DNA from: a virus | Virus record (IMG/VR): IMGVR_UViG_3300037875_000559 | Location: 20,199-84,198 of that record | Strand: one strand, 5' to 3' | Length of the DNA stretch: 64,000 bases | In this document: piece by piece, positions 45,599 to 54,457 of the stretch | How the letters are laid out: every line of letters starts with the position of its first letter | How positions within the stretch are numbered: position 1 is the first letter of the stretch | Translations under genes and position numbers: made by a program | The notes under the pieces: generated by a model | Database searches by the model: none | What the model was told of the DNA's origin: nothing | The model's input: the letters and a program-made list of their open reading frames with translations, nothing else

Positions 45599-46795
45599 CT
45601 AAACCCCAAAGAAATTGTCAGATTTGTACTTTGGTTCGGGAGCTTCACCTTTACTCCATACCCAAATTGGCTCACAGAACATAAGACTTGAGTCGCCCAT
45701 GTTTTTCCCTGGTCTCGCACCCATCTCATACCCAATTAATCCTTCGTATGTAGCTCCAAGAGACTCCATGTGTTTCAACATCGGCAGACATATTTCTTCT
45801 CTTTCTCCCTTTGTATACGCATCTGCAATGTTCACACAGATACGTCCTCCTTCAGATAAATGACTCCAACACTTCGTTAGGGTTGGAAATAGAAATCCCT
45901 CTAACCATTTTTCCATTTTAGGGTATCGCTTCCAACTCTGTGTCTCTTCTTTAGAGTATCTCTCCAAAGTGAAATAGGGAGGAGAGGTAAATACAAAGTC
46001 AAACTCAAGACCCGTCAAGTCAGCGTCTTCAGCAGGAGAACAGATAAACTCAGCTTTTTTTCCCGTATTACAGAAATCAGAAATAGCTTCATATTTCTCA
46101 TGGAGTTTTGAGTTAGGATCTATACCAACATAGCTTTCAGCATTTGAAGCATGGAAGCCTACAAGTCGATCTCCCCATCCTGCTGAGAAATCGAGAACAT
46201 TCTTAGCATCGAAGAAATTGTAAACCAACTTAGCTGACTGAGGTTTGAACTGTGAAGCAATGTATGATCTCATTGCCAAAGCACTTTTAAGAGCTTTAGG
46301 TGTCACATCTTTGTCAAACATAACGGGGTTGAGTAAGTATTTAATGAACGACTTCTTTCTACTTGTCCATGCAGACCAAGGAGATAAGAATCTCTCATGT
46401 CCTACTTCCATCCTTTCTTCTTGAGTGAAGAAATCTGACACAGGAGAGCCTAACCTCAACCCTTGTGCAACATATAAAGATCTACCTTTATATGTTGTGG
46501 CTATTTCTGAAGAGATACGCTTGCAAGACCAAGAGTCTTCACTCATTTGTGGTTCTCTACTACACAGTAAACTGAATTCGTTTCTTATTTCTTGTGTGTT
46601 GTATTCTCGATATGGAAACTTGATTTTTCCGTCCTCAATTAAATCTCTCATTCTTTGGTGTATTTCTTCTTTTGTGTATGAAGAAATAATGCTTTGCCAC
46701 AATCCTCTCGGTATGAACAAATCACCATTTAAATCGAAAATCTCTTCTTCTTTTAGAAGGTTTGGCTTTTCTATTTCTAAATCATCAAATAACAT
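45599..46795 (-). CDS. Amino-type DNA methyltransferase (paralog B)
   Basis: VLDFSAGWGDRL, FTSPPYF; core nearly identical to 42939-44120. Confidence 0.85.
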   Translation of the reverse strand: MLFDDLEIEKPNLLKEEEIFDLNGDLFIPRGLWQSIISSYTKEEIHQRMRDLIEDGKIKFPYREYNTQEIRNEFSLLCSREPQMSEDSWSCKRISSEIATTYKGRSLYVAQGLRLGSPVSDFFTQEERMEVGHERFLSPWSAWTSRKKSFIKYLLNPVMFDKDVTPKALKSALAMRSYIASQFKPQSAKLVYNFFDAKNVLDFSAGWGDRLVGFHASNAESYVGIDPNSKLHEKYEAISDFCNTGKKAEFICSPAEDADLTGLEFDFVFTSPPYFTLERYSKEETQSWKRYPKMEKWLEGFLFPTLTKCWSHLSEGGRICVNIADAYTKGEREEICLPMLKHMESLGATYEGLIGYEMGARPGKNMGDSSLMFCEPIWVWSKGEAPEPKYKSDNFFGV

Positions 46796-48310
46796 TTACA
46801 TATCCAATACATCAGCGAGAGGGTCTTTTGTCTGTGTTCCTTTTTTGCCTTTATATGTAGGCAAGGAGTGCATGGGCATATTGAGAATACGACCTGAAGG
46901 CCAAGCAGGTTTTGCTTCAAACGCTTCAAAACCAGCCCCTTGTCTAACTTTCAGACATTGGTACTTTATTGTACCTTTCTCTCTCATCTCATCCCCATAC
47001 CAAGCAGAAATAACAACATCGCTAGAACGCTCTGCTTCATTAGCATAACTCAAGTGTGTGAGGTTATATGACCCTCCGTTCTTTTCAGCCGCTTTAAAGC
47101 CTTCACGAGAAATCTGAAAGAGACAGACAAGAGGAATACCCTCTCCTCTGTTGAAAGAAAGAGCGAGTTTTTTCAAATCTCGTATGACTTCGTTTAGTCT
47201 TTCGGTGGTGGAAGCTACCCATCTTCTTGAGGACACAAGCAGAGCGTGGTCTACAACTAGCACCTTTGCAGGTTTTCTTTGATGTAAGACCTCTGCTTTA
47301 GTCTTAATGTCTTCCACAGTGATGTCCATAGAGTCGGGGTCGGCTATTTCAAACTGAATTGAGCCATACTCTCCACTCTCTACACCCTCTCTTAAATCTT
47401 TTACGACATCTTTAAGTAGGTCGATCTCGTCTTCTGTTAATTTACCATTCTTAATAGAGTCTGGGTCAATACCTACATCGGGATTCTGTTGTTTTTGGAT
47501 TCCTAGTGCCATTCTTTTTGAACGGAACTTTTTGTGCATAGAATGAAAGGCATATATTGTTTCTCTACATTGTTCATAGTGCATTTCTAGTTGGAAATAA
47601 ATGCTGTTCAGACTTTGATATACAGCCATGTTGTATATCCAGTTCATCGTTGTTTTGGATTTCATGTGTGCAGTAAATCCTGCTACCATATAAAGTTCTT
47701 TCTTACGAAACCCTCCGATAGCGTCATCTATATACTGAAGACCTGTTTTTGGTAAGACTCCTACATCGGTATCTACTGTTTTTTGGTAGTGTTCCCAAAA
47801 AGCGTCTTCGTCATTGAGAACATCGCCACCGATCTTCGCTCCAAAAGTAGGTGTGAGTAAATCAGAGAGTTGCTTTGACAAATATTTTGTCGCATCTCTC
47901 ACACCTTTCAAAGTAAATTTCTTTCTACCTTCTTTTATTTCTAAACCTTGACGAGCAATCGTTTTTGTAGAAGAAAGAGCATCCGCTAAAGCCATGTGAC
48001 GAGCGTCTTCCACATTCTTTTCTATTTCAAGAATAAAGTCGCCTCGATAAATCACAGACATACTTGAGATTTGACGGATACGGTCTGCTTCATCAAAATC
48101 ATTATTTGAATCAAAATATTGGATGACGACATCTTGTTCGGGCAGATGTCCATGTGTTGAAGCAAAAGTCTTAATAAACTCAAAAATCTTTATATCTGTC
48201 GGCAAATCGAACAGAAATATACTTTCTCTGAGAGAAATATAGTTTTGATACATCAAGTCATCTTTGTCGCCCACTCTAGTGTCTGGGAGAATAGATCTGA
48301 GTATTTTCAA
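46796..48310 (-). CDS. dnaB: DnaB-like replicative helicase
   Basis: TGLQYIDDAIGGFRKKELYMVAG, FQLEM, VVDHALL, QISREG, AERSSDVV, KVRQG; variant Walker A GFTAHMKS. Confidence 0.85.
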   Translation of the reverse strand: MKILRSILPDTRVGDKDDLMYQNYISLRESIFLFDLPTDIKIFEFIKTFASTHGHLPEQDVVIQYFDSNNDFDEADRIRQISSMSVIYRGDFILEIEKNVEDARHMALADALSSTKTIARQGLEIKEGRKKFTLKGVRDATKYLSKQLSDLLTPTFGAKIGGDVLNDEDAFWEHYQKTVDTDVGVLPKTGLQYIDDAIGGFRKKELYMVAGFTAHMKSKTTMNWIYNMAVYQSLNSIYFQLEMHYEQCRETIYAFHSMHKKFRSKRMALGIQKQQNPDVGIDPDSIKNGKLTEDEIDLLKDVVKDLREGVESGEYGSIQFEIADPDSMDITVEDIKTKAEVLHQRKPAKVLVVDHALLVSSRRWVASTTERLNEVIRDLKKLALSFNRGEGIPLVCLFQISREGFKAAEKNGGSYNLTHLSYANEAERSSDVVISAWYGDEMREKGTIKYQCLKVRQGAGFEAFEAKPAWPSGRILNMPMHSLPTYKGKKGTQTKDPLADVLDM

Positions 48311-48969
48311 AGCTTCATACTCCTCGGCTTTTTGCTGTTTTGAGTTTTTTGGATTGCCATAAGGTTAATGCGTTCCCATCCTTCAATGCTTTCATCTACG
48401 GCTCTAGACCAAGAGAGGTGTCCTTCAGAAAGAGGTCTATTAGGCTCTTCTATAATCCATGTAGGTTTGGAAAGGTGTGCTCTTAACTCGATTGTCTCTA
48501 CTAAGACTTCAGGCATTGCACTATTTCTTGCCATTTTGACTCCGAGTCTAACAATTAAGAGTGATGGAGACTCGGCTAAGTCCTCTAAAGACTGAACACG
48601 AATATCTCTTTGAAAGTCAGGGTCTATTATTTCTGACTGTGCATATTGGAGATTACTCAGCCAAGCACTCATAAGAGTAGCGTCAGACACTACTTTGACG
48701 AACTCTTCCGGTTTCTTTCGGTGGGCTAAGGAACTTCTCAGATTAACCATAAGTTCATGCTTGTTGCCTATGAGGACACAGTTTTCAGAAATCTTGGATT
48801 TTAATACCGATGTTCTTTTGAGTTGGACATCAGACATTCCTTTCCAAGCCCTCTCCGCTTGGATATTTAGAGCTTTTTTTACAGTACAAATACATGAGAT
48901 AGCGTAGGGCATTCCCATGTAACCATCGTCTTTTTGGAGGTAACCCGCACCTCCACATTTTTTACACAT
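48307..48969 (-). CDS. DnaC/DnaI-like helicase loader (Zn finger plus degenerate AAA+)
   Basis: CKKCGG.GY...CIC N-terminus; LLIVRLG, ETIELR...KPTWI pattern; adjacent to dnaB; likely start 48969. Confidence 0.6.
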   Translation of the reverse strand: MCKKCGGAGYLQKDDGYMGMPYAISCICTVKKALNIQAERAWKGMSDVQLKRTSVLKSKISENCVLIGNKHELMVNLRSSLAHRKKPEEFVKVVSDATLMSAWLSNLQYAQSEIIDPDFQRDIRVQSLEDLAESPSLLIVRLGVKMARNSAMPEVLVETIELRAHLSKPTWIIEEPNRPLSEGHLSWSRAVDESIEGWERINLMAIQKTQNSKKPRSMKL

Positions 48970-50554
48970 AGACACGAGCATCCTCCAACAAACCGTCAAA
49001 CAGTTCAGCAACTTCTGATGTACCTACCTCTATTATATCGGAATCTTCGTCATTTTTGAGTCGTTTTCCTAAAACACTTTCAATCAGTTTCATTTTGCTT
49101 TTCAGAGTTTTCATAACTCTGTCGTCTATCGTTTTCGGGGCTACCATATGATATGCAAATACCTTGTCATGTATACTACCGATACGAATCATTCGACCAA
49201 CAATCTGAAGATAGTCTCCTGCCGACCAGGGCGTGTCATAGAAAATAACAGCTTTGGCGAGCTGTAGATTCACACCTTCAGCCGCAGCCATTGTGATAAG
49301 ACAAATTTTCACTTCTGATTTTTCATCTTGGAAATGTTTCTGTGAGGTTATACGCTCATCTCCACTTTCAGAACCTGTGATGCGACAGGTTTTTATACCT
49401 TTGCCCTCTATTTCTGCCTCAAGAATATCAACCATAGATCTGAACCGAGAGAATATGATTACTTTCTCTCCATCTAAATCTGTAGAAATAGTTTCAATCA
49501 GAGCGTCTAGTTTCCCACTATCTCCGTCTGAGTTAATTAAAGCAGGGTGATTTACAATTTGTTGGCAAACTGTAACTGCTGTCAACTTAGTTACTTCTCT
49601 TTCTATTATTTCTCCTGTTTCAGGGTCTGTTGACTCTAAGAATCCTTCGAGTGCTTCTTTGTACTTAGCCTTTTGTGGTTTTGTAAGATCACATTTAATA
49701 ACTTTAGTTGTGAGAGGTGGCAACTCTTTAGCTACCTCATGTTTGGGTCTCCCTAAGAAATAAGGGTCTATTATCCCCCTAAACGCTTCGATGTCTGACT
49801 TTCGATGTCCTACTACAACAGGTATCCTACGTCTTCCTCCGGGTAAGATTTGATCTCTTGTGATACAGAAGTTTCTCATAAAAGCACTTTTAGTAGTGAA
49901 TAGGTGCGGTACAGTAACCTTATATATAGCCCACGCTTCCATTAGCCTATTCTTAATGATAGTAGCCGATAAAGACCAAACACGCTCTGCTGACCCTGCT
50001 AAGTGCTTACATACTTGGTGGACTTGAGACTTGTCATTCTTAAACGCTGTTGCCTCATCGAACACCATAACGTGTCCTGTAATAGTTCTAATGATATCAA
50101 AATCTTGGCAAGCTGTCCTATAGCCCATAACGATGGCTTTAGGTCCGTTGTTGTATTTCTGAAACTCATCATGGATTTTGAGTCGTTTCTTTTTAGTGCC
50201 TAAACACTTAAAAACTTCCACCCCTTCTGTAAATTTCTCGAACTCTGACTCCCATTGCCCTACGGCTGATTTGGTGGTGAGAATAATAGCAGGAATGTCG
50301 GGTCGCTTATCCCACAAATAGGCTAAGGTCGCTATGACTTGTAGGGTTTTTCCTAAACCCGTATCATCTCCTAGAACAAATCGAGGCATTGCGAGAAGGT
50401 GTAAGACACCTTGTACTTGATACTGTCTCAGAGTAAGTGGGACATCCTCTTTTATCTCTGTCTTTAGGATAGTGCTTGGAGGGGCTTTTAAGTCCTCTTT
50501 GGCTCTTACCTTTCGGAGCTTTTCGATTGTCAGTGCGAGTTTTTCTTCTATCAT
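48962..50554 (-). CDS. SNF2-family helicase
   Basis: LGDDTGLGKTLQ, VFDEAT, LSAT, SGKLDAL, VIIFSRF, AAEGVNLQ, QIVGRMIRIG. Confidence 0.95.
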   Translation of the reverse strand: MIEEKLALTIEKLRKVRAKEDLKAPPSTILKTEIKEDVPLTLRQYQVQGVLHLLAMPRFVLGDDTGLGKTLQVIATLAYLWDKRPDIPAIILTTKSAVGQWESEFEKFTEGVEVFKCLGTKKKRLKIHDEFQKYNNGPKAIVMGYRTACQDFDIIRTITGHVMVFDEATAFKNDKSQVHQVCKHLAGSAERVWSLSATIIKNRLMEAWAIYKVTVPHLFTTKSAFMRNFCITRDQILPGGRRRIPVVVGHRKSDIEAFRGIIDPYFLGRPKHEVAKELPPLTTKVIKCDLTKPQKAKYKEALEGFLESTDPETGEIIEREVTKLTAVTVCQQIVNHPALINSDGDSGKLDALIETISTDLDGEKVIIFSRFRSMVDILEAEIEGKGIKTCRITGSESGDERITSQKHFQDEKSEVKICLITMAAAEGVNLQLAKAVIFYDTPWSAGDYLQIVGRMIRIGSIHDKVFAYHMVAPKTIDDRVMKTLKSKMKLIESVLGKRLKNDEDSDIIEVGTSEVAELFDGLLEDARVYV

Positions 50555-50606
50555 TAAAATACCCCTTTTTGGTTAGTATGAGGTATATAATATTAAGGAG
50601 TTTTTT

Positions 50607-51122
50607 TTACACCTCCGGTAAACTTTGCAACATTATTTTTATTAGTCTTCTGTATGGCATACCGTTGGTAAGTCTGAGGTACTTGTGCTTAAGGAGTGCA
50701 AAAGCAACATCATCTAATGCTTTCTTGTTTTTAACTTTCATGTAAAGTTTTGCTGTAACCGCAGAACTCCAATGTGTGTAAACCCACAACGCTGCCTTCC
50801 TGTGTAGCAGGTTTATTTCTAATTTCTGCTCGGTTGTAAGCATACTCCCCAGATCTCTGGAGTAAGATTTGTCTTTACTTTGGTTTTTGTATATTTCTCC
50901 GAGTATTGAAAACTCGATTCCTACTTTGAGTAGCCTAGAAGAAATACCGTAGTTGTGTTTCCATCTGCGGATAGCAATGATTTTTACTAGAGGGTCTTTA
51001 GTGTCTGAAAGGACATTTAATATTTCTAAGATTGCTAAGTTACACGCTTTTTCCAGAATTTTGACGATGTTTCTCGTGTTTTGTACACTCATAGTTTTTA
51101 TATCCTCTATCTTTTTTCTCAA
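50607..51122 (-). CDS. Hypothetical basic protein
   Basis: 171-aa ORF; start uncertain. Confidence 0.5.
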   Translation of the reverse strand: MRKKIEDIKTMSVQNTRNIVKILEKACNLAILEILNVLSDTKDPLVKIIAIRRWKHNYGISSRLLKVGIEFSILGEIYKNQSKDKSYSRDLGSMLTTEQKLEINLLHRKAALWVYTHWSSAVTAKLYMKVKNKKALDDVAFALLKHKYLRLTNGMPYRRLIKIMLQSLPEV

Positions 51123-51165
51123 GTATATACTTGAACTCGTATAAACTTACTATTGGAGAAGGTTC

Positions 51166-51567
51166 ATGCTTAAACATTTAAAGCCGATTTTCATAGAGAA
51201 CTCAAAAGTTCCTGTTATTCTGAGTAAACTCGCCCCGATAGAAATAAGTGCAATCACTCTTTTCTGTCTTGTTTTTTCAAGAGGAGAAATAAGTGAGAAG
51301 ACAAAACGACATGAAACCATCCATTTCCAACAATACCTAGAGACTTTTGTTGTTGGGTTTCTTTTGGTCTATGTTTTCGACTACCTCTATTCAGCGACCA
51401 TCAAGAAGAAAGGGTTCACTCGCGATTCTTATCTTGCGATCAGATTTGAACAGGAAGCTTGGGAGTGTGATGACTTTACTAACTACTTAGAGTCAAGAAA
51501 GAGATTTTCTTGGTTGGATTATCCTTTGGGGGGAGAAGAATACCCTCCCCCTAATGGTGGTGGATAA
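51166..51567 (+). CDS. HExxH-containing small protein (zincin-like)
   Basis: RHETIHFQQ...IRFEQEAW. Confidence 0.6.
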   Translation: MLKHLKPIFIENSKVPVILSKLAPIEISAITLFCLVFSRGEISEKTKRHETIHFQQYLETFVVGFLLVYVFDYLYSATIKKKGFTRDSYLAIRFEQEAWECDDFTNYLESRKRFSWLDYPLGGEEYPPPNGGG

Positions 51568-51573
51568 TTAAAG

Positions 51574-51699
51574 ATGTCTAAGATTTACATAGGTTGGAAG
51601 CACCACACTCAAGAGATGCCTGACTTTCTCATCCTTCCTCTTTTGGTGCTTTTAATGGTTCTGTCTATTTTAGTTTACTTCTTAATCAAGGGCAAATGA
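51574..51699 (+). CDS. Small single-TM protein
   Basis: MSKIYIGWKHHTQEMPDFLILPLLVLLMVLSILVYFLIKGK fills the gap between co-directional genes; below the track cutoff. Confidence 0.45.
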   Translation: MSKIYIGWKHHTQEMPDFLILPLLVLLMVLSILVYFLIKGK

Positions 51700-51700
51700 C

Positions 51701-52543
51701 ATGAAGATACTTATTGGTGGCGACATTTCTTTCGGCAGAACCCATAAAGGGGGGTTTATTTCTTATTCTGTTGAGGGTTGTTTAGACTCTTTAGCTCGTA
51801 TTCCAAGAGATTACAGCATAGTTAATTTAGAGTCACCCATATGTAGCTCACCTCTTACGGGAAAGAAAGCCGAGAACTATGACGGTGTTTTATTGTATGC
51901 AGAACCACAAGCAGTTCGCCACTTAGTTAAGGCAGGTATAGACTATGTTTCTCTAGGTAATAATCACGCTTTAGATCATGGTCTTAAGGGTATTTCTGAA
52001 ACAACGTATTACTTGGAAAGAGAAGGGGTCTCTTATTCAGGTGTTGGTACTGATTATTATTATCCACATATAGATGAAAAATTAAACTTAGCGATCTTCA
52101 GTATTGATTTAGTCGAGTCTTCTTACAAAACACGAGATTTGGTGTTTTGCCGAGAAGATTTACCTCTCTTGTTAAAGGGTGTCACCGACACTAGAAGAAT
52201 ATATCCCGACTATATTATCTGTGTGTGTATTCATTGGGGGTTAGAGTACAAGATCCAACCTGAGTCCTATCAAATAAAGTTAGGTAGATTCTTAGTCGAT
52301 TTAGGTGCAGATCTCATTGTTGGTTCACACCCTCATGTTCTCCAACCGATGGAGATATATAAAGGTAAGCCTATTTTTTATAGTCTTGGGAATCTTTATT
52401 TTACACACCATAACAAGAAGTACGACAACATGAAAGAGACACATCAAGCTCTTATTTCTGTAGTTGATTTTCAAGGTCGAGAAGTGAGAGATATTGAGGA
52501 TTATGAGGGGTATATTCAGAGTGGTGAAAAGGTGCTCTTTTAG
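51701..52543 (+). CDS. CapA/PGA_cap-family metallophosphoesterase
   Basis: GGDI, NLESP, LGNNHALDHG, HWGLEY, GADLIVGSHPHVLQ, YSLGN. Confidence 0.9.
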   Translation: MKILIGGDISFGRTHKGGFISYSVEGCLDSLARIPRDYSIVNLESPICSSPLTGKKAENYDGVLLYAEPQAVRHLVKAGIDYVSLGNNHALDHGLKGISETTYYLEREGVSYSGVGTDYYYPHIDEKLNLAIFSIDLVESSYKTRDLVFCREDLPLLLKGVTDTRRIYPDYIICVCIHWGLEYKIQPESYQIKLGRFLVDLGADLIVGSHPHVLQPMEIYKGKPIFYSLGNLYFTHHNKKYDNMKETHQALISVVDFQGREVRDIEDYEGYIQSGEKVLF

Positions 52544-52606
52544 TTCATTTATGTAATTGAGAGTCTTGCTCAAGAACAAGACGAAAATGAAGGTGGATGG
52601 TAAACC

Positions 52607-52957
52607 TTAGTCTAAGAAATACTTGAGTGAGTAATAATCTTTGGGGTGTATTTCTAGGTTGAAAAGTTCAGAAATACTAACCCAAGCCCAATCTATACTC
52701 TCTTCATTTATTACAGGTATGAACGGTTCTTCTAAAATACCATAGTATAGTGTGTATGGTTTAGTGTGGTAGTGGTCTACTATTTTCAGACTTTCAGGCA
52801 CATTGAGTATTTCTTCATTCATCTCTCGGATAGCGGTTTGAAATCTAGTTTCACCTTTTTCTGTAGACCCTCCTGCACAGTTCCACTTATAGTCTTTAGA
52901 GCGTTTCAAAAGAAGTACTCTATTCTTACTTGTAATCATAACTCCAGCTCCCATCAT
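52607..52957 (-). CDS. Nudix hydrolase
   Basis: Nudix box GGSTEKGETRFQTAIREMNEEI. Confidence 0.9.
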   Translation of the reverse strand: MMGAGVMITSKNRVLLLKRSKDYKWNCAGGSTEKGETRFQTAIREMNEEILNVPESLKIVDHYHTKPYTLYYGILEEPFIPVINEESIDWAWVSISELFNLEIHPKDYYSLKYFLD

Positions 52958-53021
52958 TCTATACTCCTTTTATGTATTGTATTGTTTTGAGATTAAACAC
53001 ACAGGATAGAGGACATAAAAG

Positions 53022-53393
53022 ATGTACGATAAAAGAGCTTCTGCAAAGAAAATAAGTCAGAGACATATAGAGTCTAGGTTTTTTGGGATGATGAAAGACT
53101 TCATTGGAAATCAACAACTAAGTCGGGTTGTAAAGAGACTTGAATGGATGTTTAAGAAAGGCCAACATACTGTGAGATCTTATGTAGACAGGTCAAACAC
53201 CTACAAGCACATCGAAGTTAACGCACTAGGATCTAGTGCTAAGATAGAAGGTGTTTTGGTCAACCCTAAAGGTGGTTTTTCCTATGCTAATCTTGTCGTA
53301 GATATAGACGGTTCAAAGACTAAAATAAGTGACTTTGACCAAGCTGTTGAGCTTATCTATCAGCATTTCTCAGACTTGGGTTTGAAGGGTTAG
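53022..53393 (+). CDS. Hypothetical protein with leader motif
   Basis: N-term MYDKRASAKKISQRHIESR; upstream TACTCCTTTTAT (52962-52973). Confidence 0.55.
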   Translation: MYDKRASAKKISQRHIESRFFGMMKDFIGNQQLSRVVKRLEWMFKKGQHTVRSYVDRSNTYKHIEVNALGSSAKIEGVLVNPKGGFSYANLVVDIDGSKTKISDFDQAVELIYQHFSDLGLKG

Positions 53394-54268
53394 ACCACAA
53401 GATTCTTTCTTAATGCTCTCTTCATCTGCGTTTTTTGGTTTCTAAGGTCTTTAAGGGGGATGCCGAGAGTTTGAGCCCAAGTCGTATCTGAGTGTCTCTT
53501 TAGGTTGAAAACCTTGGTTTCAACGAAACCTTTTAGCAACTCCGTCCAAAGTGTATGCTTATCCGCATTGTCTTGACATTCAACTCGGATTATTTCTTCG
53601 AGAGACTGGATTAAAGTCTTAAACTCTAACTCATCAAGCTGAGAAGTTTGGTTGGGGTCATACAACTCCTTTTCAAACAAACCTTCTTCTATTTCGATGT
53701 TGACGAAAGCATATGTTTGTGCTGGGCAATTGCTTTCTCCTTTTTTTTGATCTCTCAGAGTTCTATTTCTACTGTCCATTCGCTGATCCGCCTGTTTACC
53801 TAGTTTTTCTCTTTTTCGAGACATCCACTGAGAAAACATGACAGCTCTGATCCAAGGTAGTCGTTTCTCGTCACAATAACCTGCAAATTTATTTTTCTTT
53901 GCACACTCAGTTAGGAAGTCAGAAGCGAGATCATACGCCTCATCTTTAACTTGATAAGAGGGTTTGTAGTCTACACCACTAACATATTTCTTCCTTATGG
54001 CATAAGCTTGGAGTTTTTTCACCCATAAATTATACACTTTCGCACCGTCTTTAAATAAGAATATGCTTGTTTCTTCGGGGTCTGACTTTACTTCAAGGCA
54101 GATTTGATCTAACTCTTCAAAAAGAAGACCGTAAGCGTCATTTGAGATGTTATCTGGGAAGGCTTGATCTAACTCTTTGAGGAAATCTTCTACTTTACTC
54201 TCTTCTGTGGGTTTTATTTCAGAGAGAAAGCCCGTAGATTCCTTATCACACAATAATTGGTCTTGCAT
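53390..54268 (-). CDS. Phage-encoded sigma-70 (ECF-like) factor
   Basis: Region-2-like DEAYDLASDFL...PWIRAVM; region-4-like HTH WAQTLGIPLKDLRNQKTQMKRALR; likely start ATG 54268 (SD AGGAG). Confidence 0.6.
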   Translation of the reverse strand: MQDQLLCDKESTGFLSEIKPTEESKVEDFLKELDQAFPDNISNDAYGLLFEELDQICLEVKSDPEETSIFLFKDGAKVYNLWVKKLQAYAIRKKYVSGVDYKPSYQVKDEAYDLASDFLTECAKKNKFAGYCDEKRLPWIRAVMFSQWMSRKREKLGKQADQRMDSRNRTLRDQKKGESNCPAQTYAFVNIEIEEGLFEKELYDPNQTSQLDELEFKTLIQSLEEIIRVECQDNADKHTLWTELLKGFVETKVFNLKRHSDTTWAQTLGIPLKDLRNQKTQMKRALRKNLVV

Positions 54269-54353
54269 AAAGACTCCTGTTGTTGTTACTCCCGAATCGG
54301 GGTTTATGGCTAAAGACCCTTGTGACTGAATCGGTCTTTGGGTCTGGTGGTTA

Positions 54354-54382
54354 GTTCTACTACAGACACCCACCTTGATCAA
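54354..54382 (-). promoter_or_regulatory. Host sigma70-type promoter for the sigma gene (TTGATC-17-TAGAAC, A-tract upstream)
   Basis: 17-nt spacer; long A-rich UP-like element at 54386-54410. Confidence 0.5.
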
Positions 54383-54457
54383 GTCTTTTTTTTTATTTTT
54401 TTATCTTTTATTATAGTCATCATATAACGAGATGTATAACGTCTACTTTGGAGAAGA

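Noticed and set aside
52541-52552. TAGTTCATTTAT as a late promoter
   Set aside because: It matches the motif well but only a 7-codon ORF follows on the plus strand. It is left uncalled and is a caution about chance matches.
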